Assembly (NCBI GenBank): GCA_965200475.1
Contig: CBDAUL010000004.1
Span: 154,664-218,663, forward strand
From: Vicinamibacterales bacterium
GTDB lineage: Bacteria > Acidobacteriota > Vicinamibacteria > Vicinamibacterales > UBA8438
Direction of reading: 5' to 3'
Length of the DNA: 64,000 bases
Below the pieces are notes generated by a model. The model was not told where the DNA came from. It was given only the letters and a program-made list of their open reading frames with translations, and did not search any database. The position numbers and the translations under genes were made by a program. Of this stretch, positions 42,668 through 52,793 are shown piece after piece; positions within the stretch are counted from its first letter, which is position 1; each line of letters opens with the position of its first letter.

Positions 42668-44032
42668 CTAGTTGTCGTTGTTGTTGTTCGTGGTCCGGGC
42701 CGCCAGGCGCTTGTCGAGCTCCGCCGCGTACTCCTCGTCGGTCAGCTCGTACCAGTTCATGTGGGCCAGCGCCATGTCGTCGGTCGAGCGGTTGCCCCAC
42801 CCCACCCAGTTGCGCGGGTCGGAGGCCCACTTGTTGGCCTGCGAGTTGTCGTGCCAGCTCGTCACGTGGAGCATCGTCCCCTTGGGCAGCAGCGGCGCGG
42901 CGTGGTCGGCGTAGTTGTAGGCGATGTGCCAGCCGAAGTCCCAGTCGGCGCAGCTCAGCGGCTGCACCCGGCCGTCCTGGTAGACCGCCTCGAGGCACTG
43001 CCGCTTGCCGAGGTTGTGGAGGTGCGGCTGGTAGACCGTCAGCTTGATGTTCGACTTCAGGAAATAGTAGCCGTCATGCCGGATGTTGTTCTCCCCCGGC
43101 GGGAAGTCCAGGTCGTGCAGGCCGGCCACGGACCGCCACTTCACCTGCTGCTCGGGCTCGTAGCCCCGCGGGTAGAACCAGAACGCGATGGCGGTGCGGT
43201 CGTAGGTGTCCTCGCCGCTCGGGTTGGCCGAGTAGTGCATGCTCCAGCGCAACTGCGAGCCGGCCTCGAACAGCCGGGCGGTCCCGTCCGGATGGATGTC
43301 GCCCGTCTTGCCGAGGGCATACTCGCTGAGGAGCTCCGGCGATTCGTCCACCTCGCCCGGATGGAACAGGTAGGTCACGGCGTGGTGCACGACCGGGTAG
43401 CCCTCCACCGACGGCTTGGTCTCGTACGCCTTGATCCAGCGATCCTCGTCCACCCCGGGGTCGGTCACCATCTCGACCCACCAGTTCGGGCTGTCCGCCG
43501 GCATGAAGAAGGGCTCCGGGATGGGCACGACCAGATCGGGCTCGCGGCCCATCTCGTCCTCCATCGTCCAGCGCGAGAGCGTGGCGGGCAGCGTCAGCGG
43601 CGGCGGCATGTCGGCCGGGTTGCCGCGCCGCGCCCCGCCGTCGACCCACGCGGCGATGGTGGCGATCTCCGCGTCGGTCAGCGAGCGGTCGTCCTTGAAC
43701 TCCTGCACGCCCACCGTCTTGTCGATGAACCAGGGCGGCATCTTGCGGGTGACCACCCGGTCGCGGATGGACCGCGCCCACGGCCGCGAGTCCTCGTAGG
43801 TGATGAGCGACATCGGCGCGATGGCCCCCGGGCGATGGCACGTCTGGCAGGCGCGCTGGAAGATCGGCGCCACGTCCCGGGTGAAGGTCACCTCGTCGCC
43901 GGCCGTCTGCCCTGCCGCGATGGCGGGCGCGACCGCCAGCGCCGCGAGGACGGCCAGCCCGAGCGCGCGAGACGACATCGATCCGACCCGCCGACCGCCA
44001 CCCGCCACGAGCATCCCGGTGGCCATGTGCAT
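42668..44032 (-). CDS. Family A secreted protein, copy 3
   Basis: C-terminal part of ORF 42668..47215. GAGGGAGGG lies before the ATG at 44032 (alternative starts 44014 and 43978). Motifs are ACQTCHRP, VHH, MHYSAN, PHLHNLGKRQC and TDDM. Confidence 0.8.
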   Translation of the reverse strand: MHMATGMLVAGGGRRVGSMSSRALGLAVLAALAVAPAIAAGQTAGDEVTFTRDVAPIFQRACQTCHRPGAIAPMSLITYEDSRPWARSIRDRVVTRKMPPWFIDKTVGVQEFKDDRSLTDAEIATIAAWVDGGARRGNPADMPPPLTLPATLSRWTMEDEMGREPDLVVPIPEPFFMPADSPNWWVEMVTDPGVDEDRWIKAYETKPSVEGYPVVHHAVTYLFHPGEVDESPELLSEYALGKTGDIHPDGTARLFEAGSQLRWSMHYSANPSGEDTYDRTAIAFWFYPRGYEPEQQVKWRSVAGLHDLDFPPGENNIRHDGYYFLKSNIKLTVYQPHLHNLGKRQCLEAVYQDGRVQPLSCADWDFGWHIAYNYADHAAPLLPKGTMLHVTSWHDNSQANKWASDPRNWVGWGNRSTDDMALAHMNWYELTDEEYAAELDKRLAARTTNNNNDN

Positions 44033-44106
44033 GGCACCCTCCCTCATCAGTCTCGAATGGACGACGCGATAGCGGCAGGATACAACATCCGGACCATGAA
44101 TCCGGA

Positions 44107-47100
44107 TCAGAAGTCGAGCTGAAACGCGAACTTCGCGAGCCGGCCCGGCATGAACGAGCGGGGCGACAACCAGCCCGCGCCGACGCCGGTCGACGCGCCG
44201 AAGCCGACGTTCTCGATCGTGATCGTGTTGGCGTTGAACAGGTTGTAGAGGTCGAACATCGCGCGGAACTGGCCGAAGTTCCCCAGGGTGAAGATCTTCG
44301 TCACGCGAATGTCGAGCTGGTTGTACCGGTCGCCGTACCACGATCCCGGCTCGACCACGTTCAGCTCCACCCGGCTCGGCGTCAGCACGAGCTGCCCCCC
44401 CGAGACCGCGCTCTGGGCGAACTGGACGTTCGCCTGGCGCTCCGGCCCCGGCTGGTTCTGCAGCGTCGCCGCGAACTGCACGTCGCCCGGGAAGGTGTAC
44501 GACCCGAGAAACTTGACGTACGACAGCCAGTTCTCGGTCCGGCTGCAGAACTCCAGCGGCACCGTGTCCCCCTCCGGGGCCCGCTGCGGGATCGCAGCCA
44601 CTGAACCCCGGCTCCGCGCCGCGGCCGACTCGGGCAGCCGGCCCAGGATGTCGCAGAAGTCGTACGCGTGGCGCCCCGTGCTCAGGCCGCCCTGCAGCAG
44701 CACGTCGCCGGCGCGGGCGTCGATGGTGAAGTCGAAACCCTGCCACGATTCCCGCTCGCCGCCGAACGCCTCGGAGCTGAGCCGCAGCTCGTTCTGCGGC
44801 TTGGCAGCAGACTCCGGCTTCAGGTCGTAGAAGGTGAGCACCTGGCCGCCGTTCGGCAGCCCGACCCCTTCGGGGACCGTCACGCTCAGCGTGTTGAAGT
44901 CCTCCGGCACGAGGTTGGTGTCGTCGAGCACGCTGTGGTGGACCCAGTTGCGCCGGAAGTAGCCGACGTCGAGCGACACGCCGGACACCAGCTCCTGCTG
45001 GACGCTCGCCGCGTACTCCCAGTTCGAGAACCGGTTGCCCCAGCCCGAGTCCCAGCTCCCGTCGTAGAAGATCGACCGCACCGGCTGGCCGAAGAGCGGG
45101 TTGCGGTTGGGACTGCTCAACTCGCCGTTCGGCGCGAAGTTGGTCGGGTCGCCCTGCACGATGCCGTCGCCCGCGATGCACGTGCCGGCCGGCGTGCCGT
45201 CCCAGTTCCTGAACGGCGCAGCGGTGGCGATGCAGCCCGAGTCGCTCCACGACCGGTCCATGCGGCGGTTGCTGAGCGCCGGATTGATCCGCTGCGCCCA
45301 GTCGGTCGAGTCGCGCCGGCCGTAGCGGCTGACGGAGAACTTGAGCGCGGTGCGGCCGTCGCCGCGCAGGTCGTACGCCGCCCCGAGCCGCGGCTGGATG
45401 TCGGACCACCTCACCGCGGTCAGGCCTGAAATGTCGAACTGTTGCGGCACCCATTGGTTGGCGGGGCGGGTCTGGTCCGGGTAGCTGGCGGTGATGTGGT
45501 CGTAGCGGAGGCCGGCGTTGACGGTCAGCCGGTCGATGGTCCACTGCTCCTGAGCGTAGATCCCGATGCTGTTCGCCTCGTCGGTCGAGCTCGACGTCCC
45601 CCAGAACGTCGCCCGGAACGGGCGCCCCCGGAGCGTCGTGATGTGGCTCCAGTGGAAGATGCCGTCGGCGTCGTTGACCTGTTGCGTGTGCGTCCACTGC
45701 GGGTTGACGCTGAAGCCCACCTTGAGGTTGTGGCTGCCGGTGACGTACGACACCGATCCCCGGTAGTAGTCGACCTGCTTCGGCGTGTAGCGGAAGTGCG
45801 GCCCGCTCAGCCAGCCCGCCATGTTCCGGAACGCCGTCACCGGGGCGACCTCGAGCACGCCCGGGACGTCGGTACGGGCGCCGGGCGCCCGGTCGAGCCG
45901 GAACTTGATCGGCTCGTGCGACATGCCGAACTCGAACAGCAGCCGGTTGGTGTGGGGGCGCGTCCAGTTGAGCTGGTAGCCGTTCGACCTGACGTAGCGC
46001 TTCAGGGCGGCTTCGGGCGTCAGGAAGATCGACCCCAGCGTCTGACCCTGCAGCGAATGGGGCGCGTCGACGTTGCTGTTCGTCCAGTAGGCCTTGACCT
46101 TGTCCCTCGACGTTACCTGCCAGGTGACGTTGAGCGACTGCTCGCGCGCGGTCGTCGCATCGACCCCGGGCCGGCTCTCGTCGGGCATGAACGTGAAGAT
46201 CCCGGCGAGCTCCCTGGTCGGGAGATCCTGGAACGCCTGCGTGGGGTGGAAGACGCCGGCCGTCTGCAGGAAGGCGATGTTGGAGCTGTGGGTCACGAAG
46301 AACCAGAGCCGGTCCTCGATAATCGGCCCGCCGAACGAAGGGGCAATCGTGTAGTTCTTGTCGACAAGCGTGGGGGAGGTGAGGCCTCCTGCAATCAGGT
46401 CCTCGTCGAGGTTGTTGGCGTGCAGGGCAGGGCTGCTGAACGTGGTGAAGATCGACCCGCCGAACTGGTTCGCGCCCTCCCGCGGGATCATGTCGATGTT
46501 GACGCCGCCCGTCTCGATCTCGGCGGAGTTCGCCGAGTAGTTGAAGGCGATCTCCTCGAAGTTCGTATCCGGGAAGTACGACAGGTTGGCCCCCTGCGTG
46601 AACGGGTTCGCGACATCCATCCCGTTGATGGTGATGACCTGGTCCTCCCGCTCGCCGCCGTGGATCGACATGCGCTGCGAGGTCTGCGACGTCAGCCCGC
46701 CCGAGTCCTGCGCGAGGGCCGTGCCGTACGACTCGGCGCCGACCATCCCGGGAATCAGCAGGCCGTAGTTGATCAGCCCCTTGCCGGTCGGAATGCTGTC
46801 GATGATCTCCCGGTCCATCACCTGCCGCTGCTCGACGTTCTGGATGTCGACCACCGGGCTGGCGCCCGAGACCGTGACGGTCTCCTCGATGTCGCCGACC
46901 GACAACTGCACGTCGACGTTGGCGGTGAAGCCGGTGCTCAGCTCGATGCCCTCCCGGATCAGGGTGCCGAAGCCCGGCAGGCTGTAGGTAACCGCGTAGG
47001 TCCCCGGCTCGAGGGCCACGATGAGGTACTGCCCGCTGCTGTCCGTGACGGCGGTTCGCACGCCCTCGATGATCGACGGGCTGCGCGCCTCCACCGTCAC

Positions 47101-47232
47101 GCCGGGCAGCACGCCCCCGGTGGCGTCGGTCACCGTTCCGCCGATCTGCTGGGCGTGGGCCGCCCCGGAGGCGACCAGGAGCGAAGCCGCAGCCGCGAAG
47201 GCCACGAACGGACATCTGCAGAACGCGTGCAT
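44107..47232 (-). CDS. TonB-dependent receptor-like outer-membrane protein with N-terminal CarboxypepD_reg-like domain
   Basis: Signal peptide. GGTVTDATGGVLPGVTVEA...G.Y....L.PG.Y.V.. segment. About 1000 aa, barrel-sized. C-terminal ...FAFQLDF. AAGGAGG RBS. Confidence 0.8.
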   Translation of the reverse strand: MHAFCRCPFVAFAAAASLLVASGAAHAQQIGGTVTDATGGVLPGVTVEARSPSIIEGVRTAVTDSSGQYLIVALEPGTYAVTYSLPGFGTLIREGIELSTGFTANVDVQLSVGDIEETVTVSGASPVVDIQNVEQRQVMDREIIDSIPTGKGLINYGLLIPGMVGAESYGTALAQDSGGLTSQTSQRMSIHGGEREDQVITINGMDVANPFTQGANLSYFPDTNFEEIAFNYSANSAEIETGGVNIDMIPREGANQFGGSIFTTFSSPALHANNLDEDLIAGGLTSPTLVDKNYTIAPSFGGPIIEDRLWFFVTHSSNIAFLQTAGVFHPTQAFQDLPTRELAGIFTFMPDESRPGVDATTAREQSLNVTWQVTSRDKVKAYWTNSNVDAPHSLQGQTLGSIFLTPEAALKRYVRSNGYQLNWTRPHTNRLLFEFGMSHEPIKFRLDRAPGARTDVPGVLEVAPVTAFRNMAGWLSGPHFRYTPKQVDYYRGSVSYVTGSHNLKVGFSVNPQWTHTQQVNDADGIFHWSHITTLRGRPFRATFWGTSSSTDEANSIGIYAQEQWTIDRLTVNAGLRYDHITASYPDQTRPANQWVPQQFDISGLTAVRWSDIQPRLGAAYDLRGDGRTALKFSVSRYGRRDSTDWAQRINPALSNRRMDRSWSDSGCIATAAPFRNWDGTPAGTCIAGDGIVQGDPTNFAPNGELSSPNRNPLFGQPVRSIFYDGSWDSGWGNRFSNWEYAASVQQELVSGVSLDVGYFRRNWVHHSVLDDTNLVPEDFNTLSVTVPEGVGLPNGGQVLTFYDLKPESAAKPQNELRLSSEAFGGERESWQGFDFTIDARAGDVLLQGGLSTGRHAYDFCDILGRLPESAAARSRGSVAAIPQRAPEGDTVPLEFCSRTENWLSYVKFLGSYTFPGDVQFAATLQNQPGPERQANVQFAQSAVSGGQLVLTPSRVELNVVEPGSWYGDRYNQLDIRVTKIFTLGNFGQFRAMFDLYNLFNANTITIENVGFGASTGVGAGWLSPRSFMPGRLAKFAFQLDF

Positions 47233-47407
47233 GGGCGCCTCCTTGTCATTACCGGAGCGACCTGGAGGCGGGACACCGCACGCGACCGTCGCGGGATGCC
47301 AGCCTCCGACGACTGCAATCCGGCGCGGCGACGACGACGATAGAGGGCTTATAGCACAGGATCCTGCCGGGGCTTCAAGACAAACTGCGGCACGGTCGAG
47401 GCGGGCG

Positions 47408-48739
47408 TCACTCGTAGTCCGCGGCGGCCAGCGACGCCCGCATCAGCTCCCGGTCGTTGCGCGCGTGGATGTGCCGGTTGGCGTACGCGGGATGCGACCA
47501 GTTCACGTGGCGCAGCTCGCGGCGGTTGCCCGGCCGCGTGGTGGGCTCGATGAGCTGCGTCCGGCTCACCTCGTCGTAGCCCTCCGGGGTCAGGCGGGCG
47601 ATGATCAGCTCGCCGCGATCGTTGTTGATGAAGAAGCGGTCGCCGTGCTGCACGATGAAGCCCGACGCCCACCGGGCGCGCTCGCGGGTCACCGCCTGCG
47701 TCTCCCAGATGCGCTCGCCGGTCGCGGCGTCGAGCGCGCGCAACTGGCCGTAGCTGCAGATGCCGTAGACGTAGCCGTCGCGCACCACCGGCGTGTTGAC
47801 GACGGCGTGCAGGGCCTCGGTCAGGATTTCGCTCTCGCTGTTGCTCCGCCACGACACGCTGGCGTCGGGCCGGTCGGCGCTGAGGCCCAGCATGAGCGAT
47901 CCGTTGTAGAACGACGAGACGAACAACTGCCGGCCGCTGTGGACGGGCGTCGCGACGCTCATCCCCGCGCCCGCCCGCACGGGCTGCTCCCAGTGCACCG
48001 CGCCGGTCTCGGGGTCCAGGGCGGCGACCGCCTCGGGGTGCCAGATGATGAGCTGCCGCGCGCCCCCCGCGTCGATGATGATGGGCGCGGAGTACCCGGG
48101 CTCGGAGTCGGACGACAGCGCCCGCCAGATCTCCTCGCCGGTCAGCTTGTCGAACGCCACCACCTTGGCGTCGGGCTGCCCGCCCACCAGGGCAATGAGC
48201 CGGTCGCCGTCCACCAGCGGCGCCCCGGCCAGGCCCCAGGTGGGTATCTCCGTGTCGTACTCGTCGACGTAGCTGCGCGTCCACAGCAGCTCGCCGGTCT
48301 CGACGCTCAGGGCGTGCAGCATGCCGGTGGCGCCCAGGGCGTACACCCGGTCGCCGTCCACGGTCGGCGTCGCGCGCGGCCCGGTCGCCCAGGTGGTGGA
48401 GAGCCCCGTGTAGTTCGCCTCCCACTCGTAGGTCCAGAGAACCTCGCCGCTCAGCTCGTCGACGCAAACGATGCGCTCGACGACGTCGAAGACCCCGAGG
48501 TGGCGGGCGTCGGTGACGAACACCCGGCCGTCGGCCACCGCCGGTCCGGCGTAGCCCTCGTGGATCGGCACGCGCCAGTCCACCTGCAGGCCGGCCTCCG
48601 GAAACGTCTCCACGATGCCGGTCTCGGTCCAGACGCCCCGCCGGTCGTCCCCCCGCCACTGGGGCCAGTCCTCGGCGCGCGCCTCGAGGCCGCCGCCCGC
48701 CAGAATCGCCAGGCACACCAACACTGCTTTCGGTCGCAT
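47408..48739 (-). CDS. Secreted PQQ-like beta-propeller repeat protein
   Basis: Signal peptide then DWPQWRGD..R.G. Repeated A..DG.V(F/Y)V and G..LW motifs. Confidence 0.75.
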   Translation of the reverse strand: MRPKAVLVCLAILAGGGLEARAEDWPQWRGDDRRGVWTETGIVETFPEAGLQVDWRVPIHEGYAGPAVADGRVFVTDARHLGVFDVVERIVCVDELSGEVLWTYEWEANYTGLSTTWATGPRATPTVDGDRVYALGATGMLHALSVETGELLWTRSYVDEYDTEIPTWGLAGAPLVDGDRLIALVGGQPDAKVVAFDKLTGEEIWRALSSDSEPGYSAPIIIDAGGARQLIIWHPEAVAALDPETGAVHWEQPVRAGAGMSVATPVHSGRQLFVSSFYNGSLMLGLSADRPDASVSWRSNSESEILTEALHAVVNTPVVRDGYVYGICSYGQLRALDAATGERIWETQAVTRERARWASGFIVQHGDRFFINNDRGELIIARLTPEGYDEVSRTQLIEPTTRPGNRRELRHVNWSHPAYANRHIHARNDRELMRASLAAADYE

Positions 48740-48785
48740 GCTCGAAATGATAGTCCCTGCGATCCCTTGCGCGCGACCGCGGCCG

Positions 48786-51700
48786 TCAGAAGTCGAGCTG
48801 CAAGCCGAACTTCGCGAAGCGGCCGGGCAGGATGGTGAACGGGTTCTGCCAGCGCGAGCCGTACGTATTGTTGAAGGTGATCGTCGGATTCAGGTTGAAC
48901 AGGTTGTACAGATCCATGATCACCTTGAGGTTGTAGCGGTCCATGCGGATCGACTTCGACACGCGGAAGTCCACCTGGTTCAGCCGATCGCCGTAGAGCG
49001 TCCCCGGCTCGATCAGGGGCAGGGTGACGCGCGCCCCCGTACCGGCCGCGAACGTCCGGAACGGCATGGCCGTGGGCTGGCCGCCGCTCGCCCAGACGGC
49101 GTTGGCCGCGGCGGGCAGCGTCGTCCAGTTGGCGCCGATCTCGGATCCGGGCGAGTTCTGGATCGTCGCGCTGAACTCGATGTCCCACCAGGGCAGCGGG
49201 TACGCCGCCGAGAGCTTAAGGTCGGTGAGGAACGGCGGCGTCACCGCGCAGAAGCGCGCCTCCGGGCTGTCGGGCCGTACGGCGCAGTCGTTCGTCGCGG
49301 TGCGTCCGATGTTGACGCCGCCCGCGATGAACGCACCGTCCGCCAGCCGCGCGTTGACGGTGACATCGAAGCCGTTGTAGACCTCGGTCTGCTCCCCGAA
49401 GTGGCTGGCGAACGTGTTCAGGTTGTCCACTTGGCCGAAAAACGCCGGCTGGATGTCGTACAGCCCGCAGATCAGCTCGCCGCCGCCGCCCGGCAGCCGC
49501 GAGTCCAGCGGCCCCGTGAGGCAATACTCGTCGTAGCTCGCGTTGGTGACCGCCCGGTTGTCGAGCGTCAGGAAGTTGCCGTACCAGCGGCGGAAGTAGA
49601 CCACGTCGAGCGCGACGCCGGGCGCCAGCTCGTGCTGGACCCCGGCGGTGATCTCCCAGTTGTCGTCCCGCTTGTGCCAGCCGAACAGCGTGGCCTCGTC
49701 CTGGAACGTCGAGCGCCCGAGAAAGTCGCCGAACTGGACGTTCGAGATCGCGCCGCACTCGCCATTGGCGCCCGGAATGCCGGCGATGCCGCCGAACGTC
49801 CCCTTGGCGTGCAGCACGCAGTCCGGTTCGAAGTTGCCGTTCAGGTCGTTCCAGGTCCGCCGCGCGTTCTCCGCGACGAACACCTGCGGGTTCTCGCGGT
49901 TGATCACGTCGCCGGCATGCCCGATCAGATAGCGGGCGAAGGTGGCCTTGAGCGCCGTCCGGCCACTGCCGAACAGGTCGTAGGCGAAGCCGACGCGCGG
50001 CGTCAGGTCGTGCCACGAGACGATGTCGTCCACCCGCTGGTAGTTGCGCTGCGGGACGAACGGACCGGCCGGCAGGGACACGTCCGGCACGAAGCCATCG
50101 AAGTGGGTGTAGCGGATGCCCAGGTTGAGGGTCAGCCGGTCGATGGTCCACTGGTCGCTGGCGTAGAGCGCAACCTCGTTCACCCGGTTCAGCAGGCTCT
50201 GCGGCGTCGCGCGCATGATGACCGCCGACGGCGCGAGGGTGCCGGCGGCGTCGGGCGAGAACTCGTAGTTGAGCCCGCGATTCGACTCCCAGTCGGTGGT
50301 GGGACGCCCGTGCAGGTAGCTGCCGCCCACCATGAGCGTGTGCGAGCCGGTGACGTAGCTGACGGCGACGTTCGAATGGTAGGTGCTCGAGTTGTACCCC
50401 TTCGCCTGGTCCCGGCCGTTGTAGCGGTCCGTCGCGCGCGTGCGGAAGCCGGTGTCGGTGTCCAGGACCGAGACGATGTCGTCGGACGCGATCGGATTCG
50501 GCCCGCTGTTCCAGTTCATCTTGTTCGACGACGTCCCGGCCTGGATCAGCAGCCGGCTCGACGCGGTGTAGGTCCACTTGGCCTGCCAGTAGTGGCTCCG
50601 GTCGCGGGCCAGCCAGGTCGCCTCGGGAGAGGCGTTGCGGAAGTCGATGCCGAAGTAGCAGAGGCAACGCCGCTGGCGCGTCCCCGCGACGGCGATCTTG
50701 TTGTTGTCGCTGACCTGCATCGTGATGATGCCGTTCAGGTCCCACGACAGGTTCTGGTCGTAGGCCTGCGTCGTCGCGTCGCGGATGGCGTTCGGGTTGT
50801 AGTTTCCGTGCAGCCCGTAGCGCGCCGCCGCGCTCCCGGCGAGGGGCAGCGACGGCCAGCCCACCGGGTTGTCGTAGAAGAACCGCGTGGGCTGGTACGA
50901 CTCGGTGCCCCAGCGGCGGTAGGCGCCGTGGAACCAGATCCGGTCGCGGATGATCGGGCCGCCGATGCCGCCGTTGACATCGAAGATGTTCTTGATGCGG
51001 GGCGGGTTGACGCCGGCGCCGCGCAGCTCGTCCGTCAGGTTGTCGGCCTGCAGGTCGCCGTTCGTGCCGTTGAACAGAACGGTGCCGGAGAGCGTGTTCC
51101 CGCCCTCCTTTGGGATCACATTGATCAGCACGCCGCCACTGTCGTTGGTGATCGACTGCTGGCCGGTCTCCAGGCTGATCTCCGCGATGGCCGCCGGATT
51201 GAAGTAGATCGACTGCGCACCGCCCCCGCCGGTCGACGCGGCGCTCGCGTTGATGTTGTTGGTGCGCTGGCCATTGTAGTAGACGTGCTGGTCGGCGGCG
51301 CGGCTGCCATGGATGGAGGTACCGATCGGCCGGTCGCCGGTCGTCCCCCCAACGTCGGCGTTGGCGTAGGTCACGCCCACCTTGAGCCCCGGCACGACCG
51401 CCACGAAGCTCGCCAGCGACTTGGCGATCGGCAGCGTGTCCAGGGTCTCGGCCGTGAGCACCTCCTGCTGCACGACGTTCTGCACGTCCACCACCGGGCT
51501 AGCGCCGGTCACGGTGACGGTCTCCTCCACGCCGCCCACCGACAGCTCGACGTCGACGGTTGCCGTAAAGCCGGCGTTCAGCGTGATTCCCTCGCGGATG
51601 ATGGTCGCGAAGCCGGGCAGCGTGAAGGTGACGGTGTACTCGCCGGGCCGCAGGTCAATGATGTTGTACAGTCCCCCGCCGTCGGTGAAGACCGTCCGGG

Positions 51701-51869
51701 ACCCCTCGATCAGCGCCGGGCTGGCCGCCTCGACGGTCACGCCGGGGAGTACGCCCCCGGTGGTATCCGACACCTGCCCGGCGATGCCCTGCGCCGCTGC
51801 CGGTGTCGTGGAGATGAGAAGGAGGAAGACGAGCAGACCGCCGAACGCCGCCAGCGACCGTCGTGGCAT
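48786..51869 (-). CDS. TonB-dependent receptor-like outer-membrane protein with N-terminal CarboxypepD_reg-like domain (paralog of 44107..47232)
   Basis: Signal peptide. GQVSDTTGGVLPGVTVEA...G.Y....L.PGEYTVTF segment. C-terminal ...FGLQLDF. Confidence 0.8.
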   Translation of the reverse strand: MPRRSLAAFGGLLVFLLLISTTPAAAQGIAGQVSDTTGGVLPGVTVEAASPALIEGSRTVFTDGGGLYNIIDLRPGEYTVTFTLPGFATIIREGITLNAGFTATVDVELSVGGVEETVTVTGASPVVDVQNVVQQEVLTAETLDTLPIAKSLASFVAVVPGLKVGVTYANADVGGTTGDRPIGTSIHGSRAADQHVYYNGQRTNNINASAASTGGGGAQSIYFNPAAIAEISLETGQQSITNDSGGVLINVIPKEGGNTLSGTVLFNGTNGDLQADNLTDELRGAGVNPPRIKNIFDVNGGIGGPIIRDRIWFHGAYRRWGTESYQPTRFFYDNPVGWPSLPLAGSAAARYGLHGNYNPNAIRDATTQAYDQNLSWDLNGIITMQVSDNNKIAVAGTRQRRCLCYFGIDFRNASPEATWLARDRSHYWQAKWTYTASSRLLIQAGTSSNKMNWNSGPNPIASDDIVSVLDTDTGFRTRATDRYNGRDQAKGYNSSTYHSNVAVSYVTGSHTLMVGGSYLHGRPTTDWESNRGLNYEFSPDAAGTLAPSAVIMRATPQSLLNRVNEVALYASDQWTIDRLTLNLGIRYTHFDGFVPDVSLPAGPFVPQRNYQRVDDIVSWHDLTPRVGFAYDLFGSGRTALKATFARYLIGHAGDVINRENPQVFVAENARRTWNDLNGNFEPDCVLHAKGTFGGIAGIPGANGECGAISNVQFGDFLGRSTFQDEATLFGWHKRDDNWEITAGVQHELAPGVALDVVYFRRWYGNFLTLDNRAVTNASYDEYCLTGPLDSRLPGGGGELICGLYDIQPAFFGQVDNLNTFASHFGEQTEVYNGFDVTVNARLADGAFIAGGVNIGRTATNDCAVRPDSPEARFCAVTPPFLTDLKLSAAYPLPWWDIEFSATIQNSPGSEIGANWTTLPAAANAVWASGGQPTAMPFRTFAAGTGARVTLPLIEPGTLYGDRLNQVDFRVSKSIRMDRYNLKVIMDLYNLFNLNPTITFNNTYGSRWQNPFTILPGRFAKFGLQLDF

Positions 51870-51920
51870 CGAGGCCTCCTGACCAGTCCTGACTCGACAG
51901 CGAACGTCTGTATGACGCCC

Positions 51921-51949
51921 TTAGTAACACGTGGCCGGTCAACCGTCAA
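51921..51949 (-). promoter_or_regulatory. Sigma70-like promoter TTGACG-N17-TACTAA upstream of TBDR gene 48786..51869
   Basis: Hexamers read on the minus strand. Overlaps the last codons of the upstream membrane-protein gene. Confidence 0.3.
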
Positions 51950-52793
51950 GCCTGTTGCGCGCGGCCGCGGAGGCGCCACGCCGCCGATACAGCTCCACCA
52001 GCATCGCCGCCGGGCCCACCAGGAAGAGCGCGTAGAAAGGCGCGTAGACGACCTCGGCCAGGCGGAGTGCGGCCTCGACCAGCGCCACCGCCAGCACGAC
52101 CACGCACTGCGCCCGCCCGGAGCGCACGGTCGTCCGCGGGTCGGTGATCATGAAGAAGACGAACAGTTGGTACATCGGCCCGGTGATGGGCGCCGCCTCC
52201 GCCAGCCACGGGCCGTCTCCGATCCAGCTCCGGGCGAACGACAACGCGAGAAACGCGGCGACGTAGGTGGCGCAGATGTGCAGGCGCCCGACGCGCCAGA
52301 CCGCCACCGCGCCCAGCACCCAGATGATCGCCATGGGCCACAGCGTGTTGCCCCACTGGATGCTCAGTACGGCGACGGTCGACGGGGCGAGCCAGAGCAT
52401 CGCGCACACCCCGAAGTTCGAGGGGTTCCAGACGTGGCGCCCCCGCACCCGCAGGACGTACTTGGAGGCGATGGAGAGCAGGCTGCAGGCGGCGTAGGGC
52501 CACGCGAGCGGCGAGCGGATCAGGATGCCGACGCTGATGCCGGTGATGTACGCGCTGGCCAGGTGCGGCCAGCGCCCGTAGGTCAGACGGCCCAGGACGG
52601 CCTCGGCGAGCAGACTCGCGGCGATGGCGAGCAGCGTCCGCTCGTAGCTCTCGAGAATCCCGAACGAGAGGTGTCCGCCCAGGAGGATCGCGGTGATCAA
52701 CGCCGGCGCCAGGAAGCGGTTCGCGTCCCAGTTCCGCGCCCCCGGGGTGCCGGCGGCTGCGACCGGCCGCGGCGCGTCGGGAACCCGGATCAT
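51939..52793 (-). CDS. Polytopic membrane protein with RnfD/NqrB-like FFMxTDP motif
   Basis: C-terminal 284 aa of ORF 51939..53999. Eight or more hydrophobic segments. Contains LFVFFMITDPRTT. The ATG overlaps the upstream stop (ATGA 52790-52793). Confidence 0.6.
   Translation of the reverse strand: MIRVPDAPRPVAAAGTPGARNWDANRFLAPALITAILLGGHLSFGILESYERTLLAIAASLLAEAVLGRLTYGRWPHLASAYITGISVGILIRSPLAWPYAACSLLSIASKYVLRVRGRHVWNPSNFGVCAMLWLAPSTVAVLSIQWGNTLWPMAIIWVLGAVAVWRVGRLHICATYVAAFLALSFARSWIGDGPWLAEAAPITGPMYQLFVFFMITDPRTTVRSGRAQCVVVLAVALVEAALRLAEVVYAPFYALFLVGPAAMLVELYRRRGASAAARNRLDG

Noticed and set aside
44033-47215. N-terminal ~1060 aa of the 1515-aa minus-strand ORF 42668..47215.
   Set aside because: Only the C-terminal 454 aa (A3) are protein-like and start with an RBS and signal peptide. 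The upstream part is an alternate frame of the TonB-dependent receptor gene and has junk composition.
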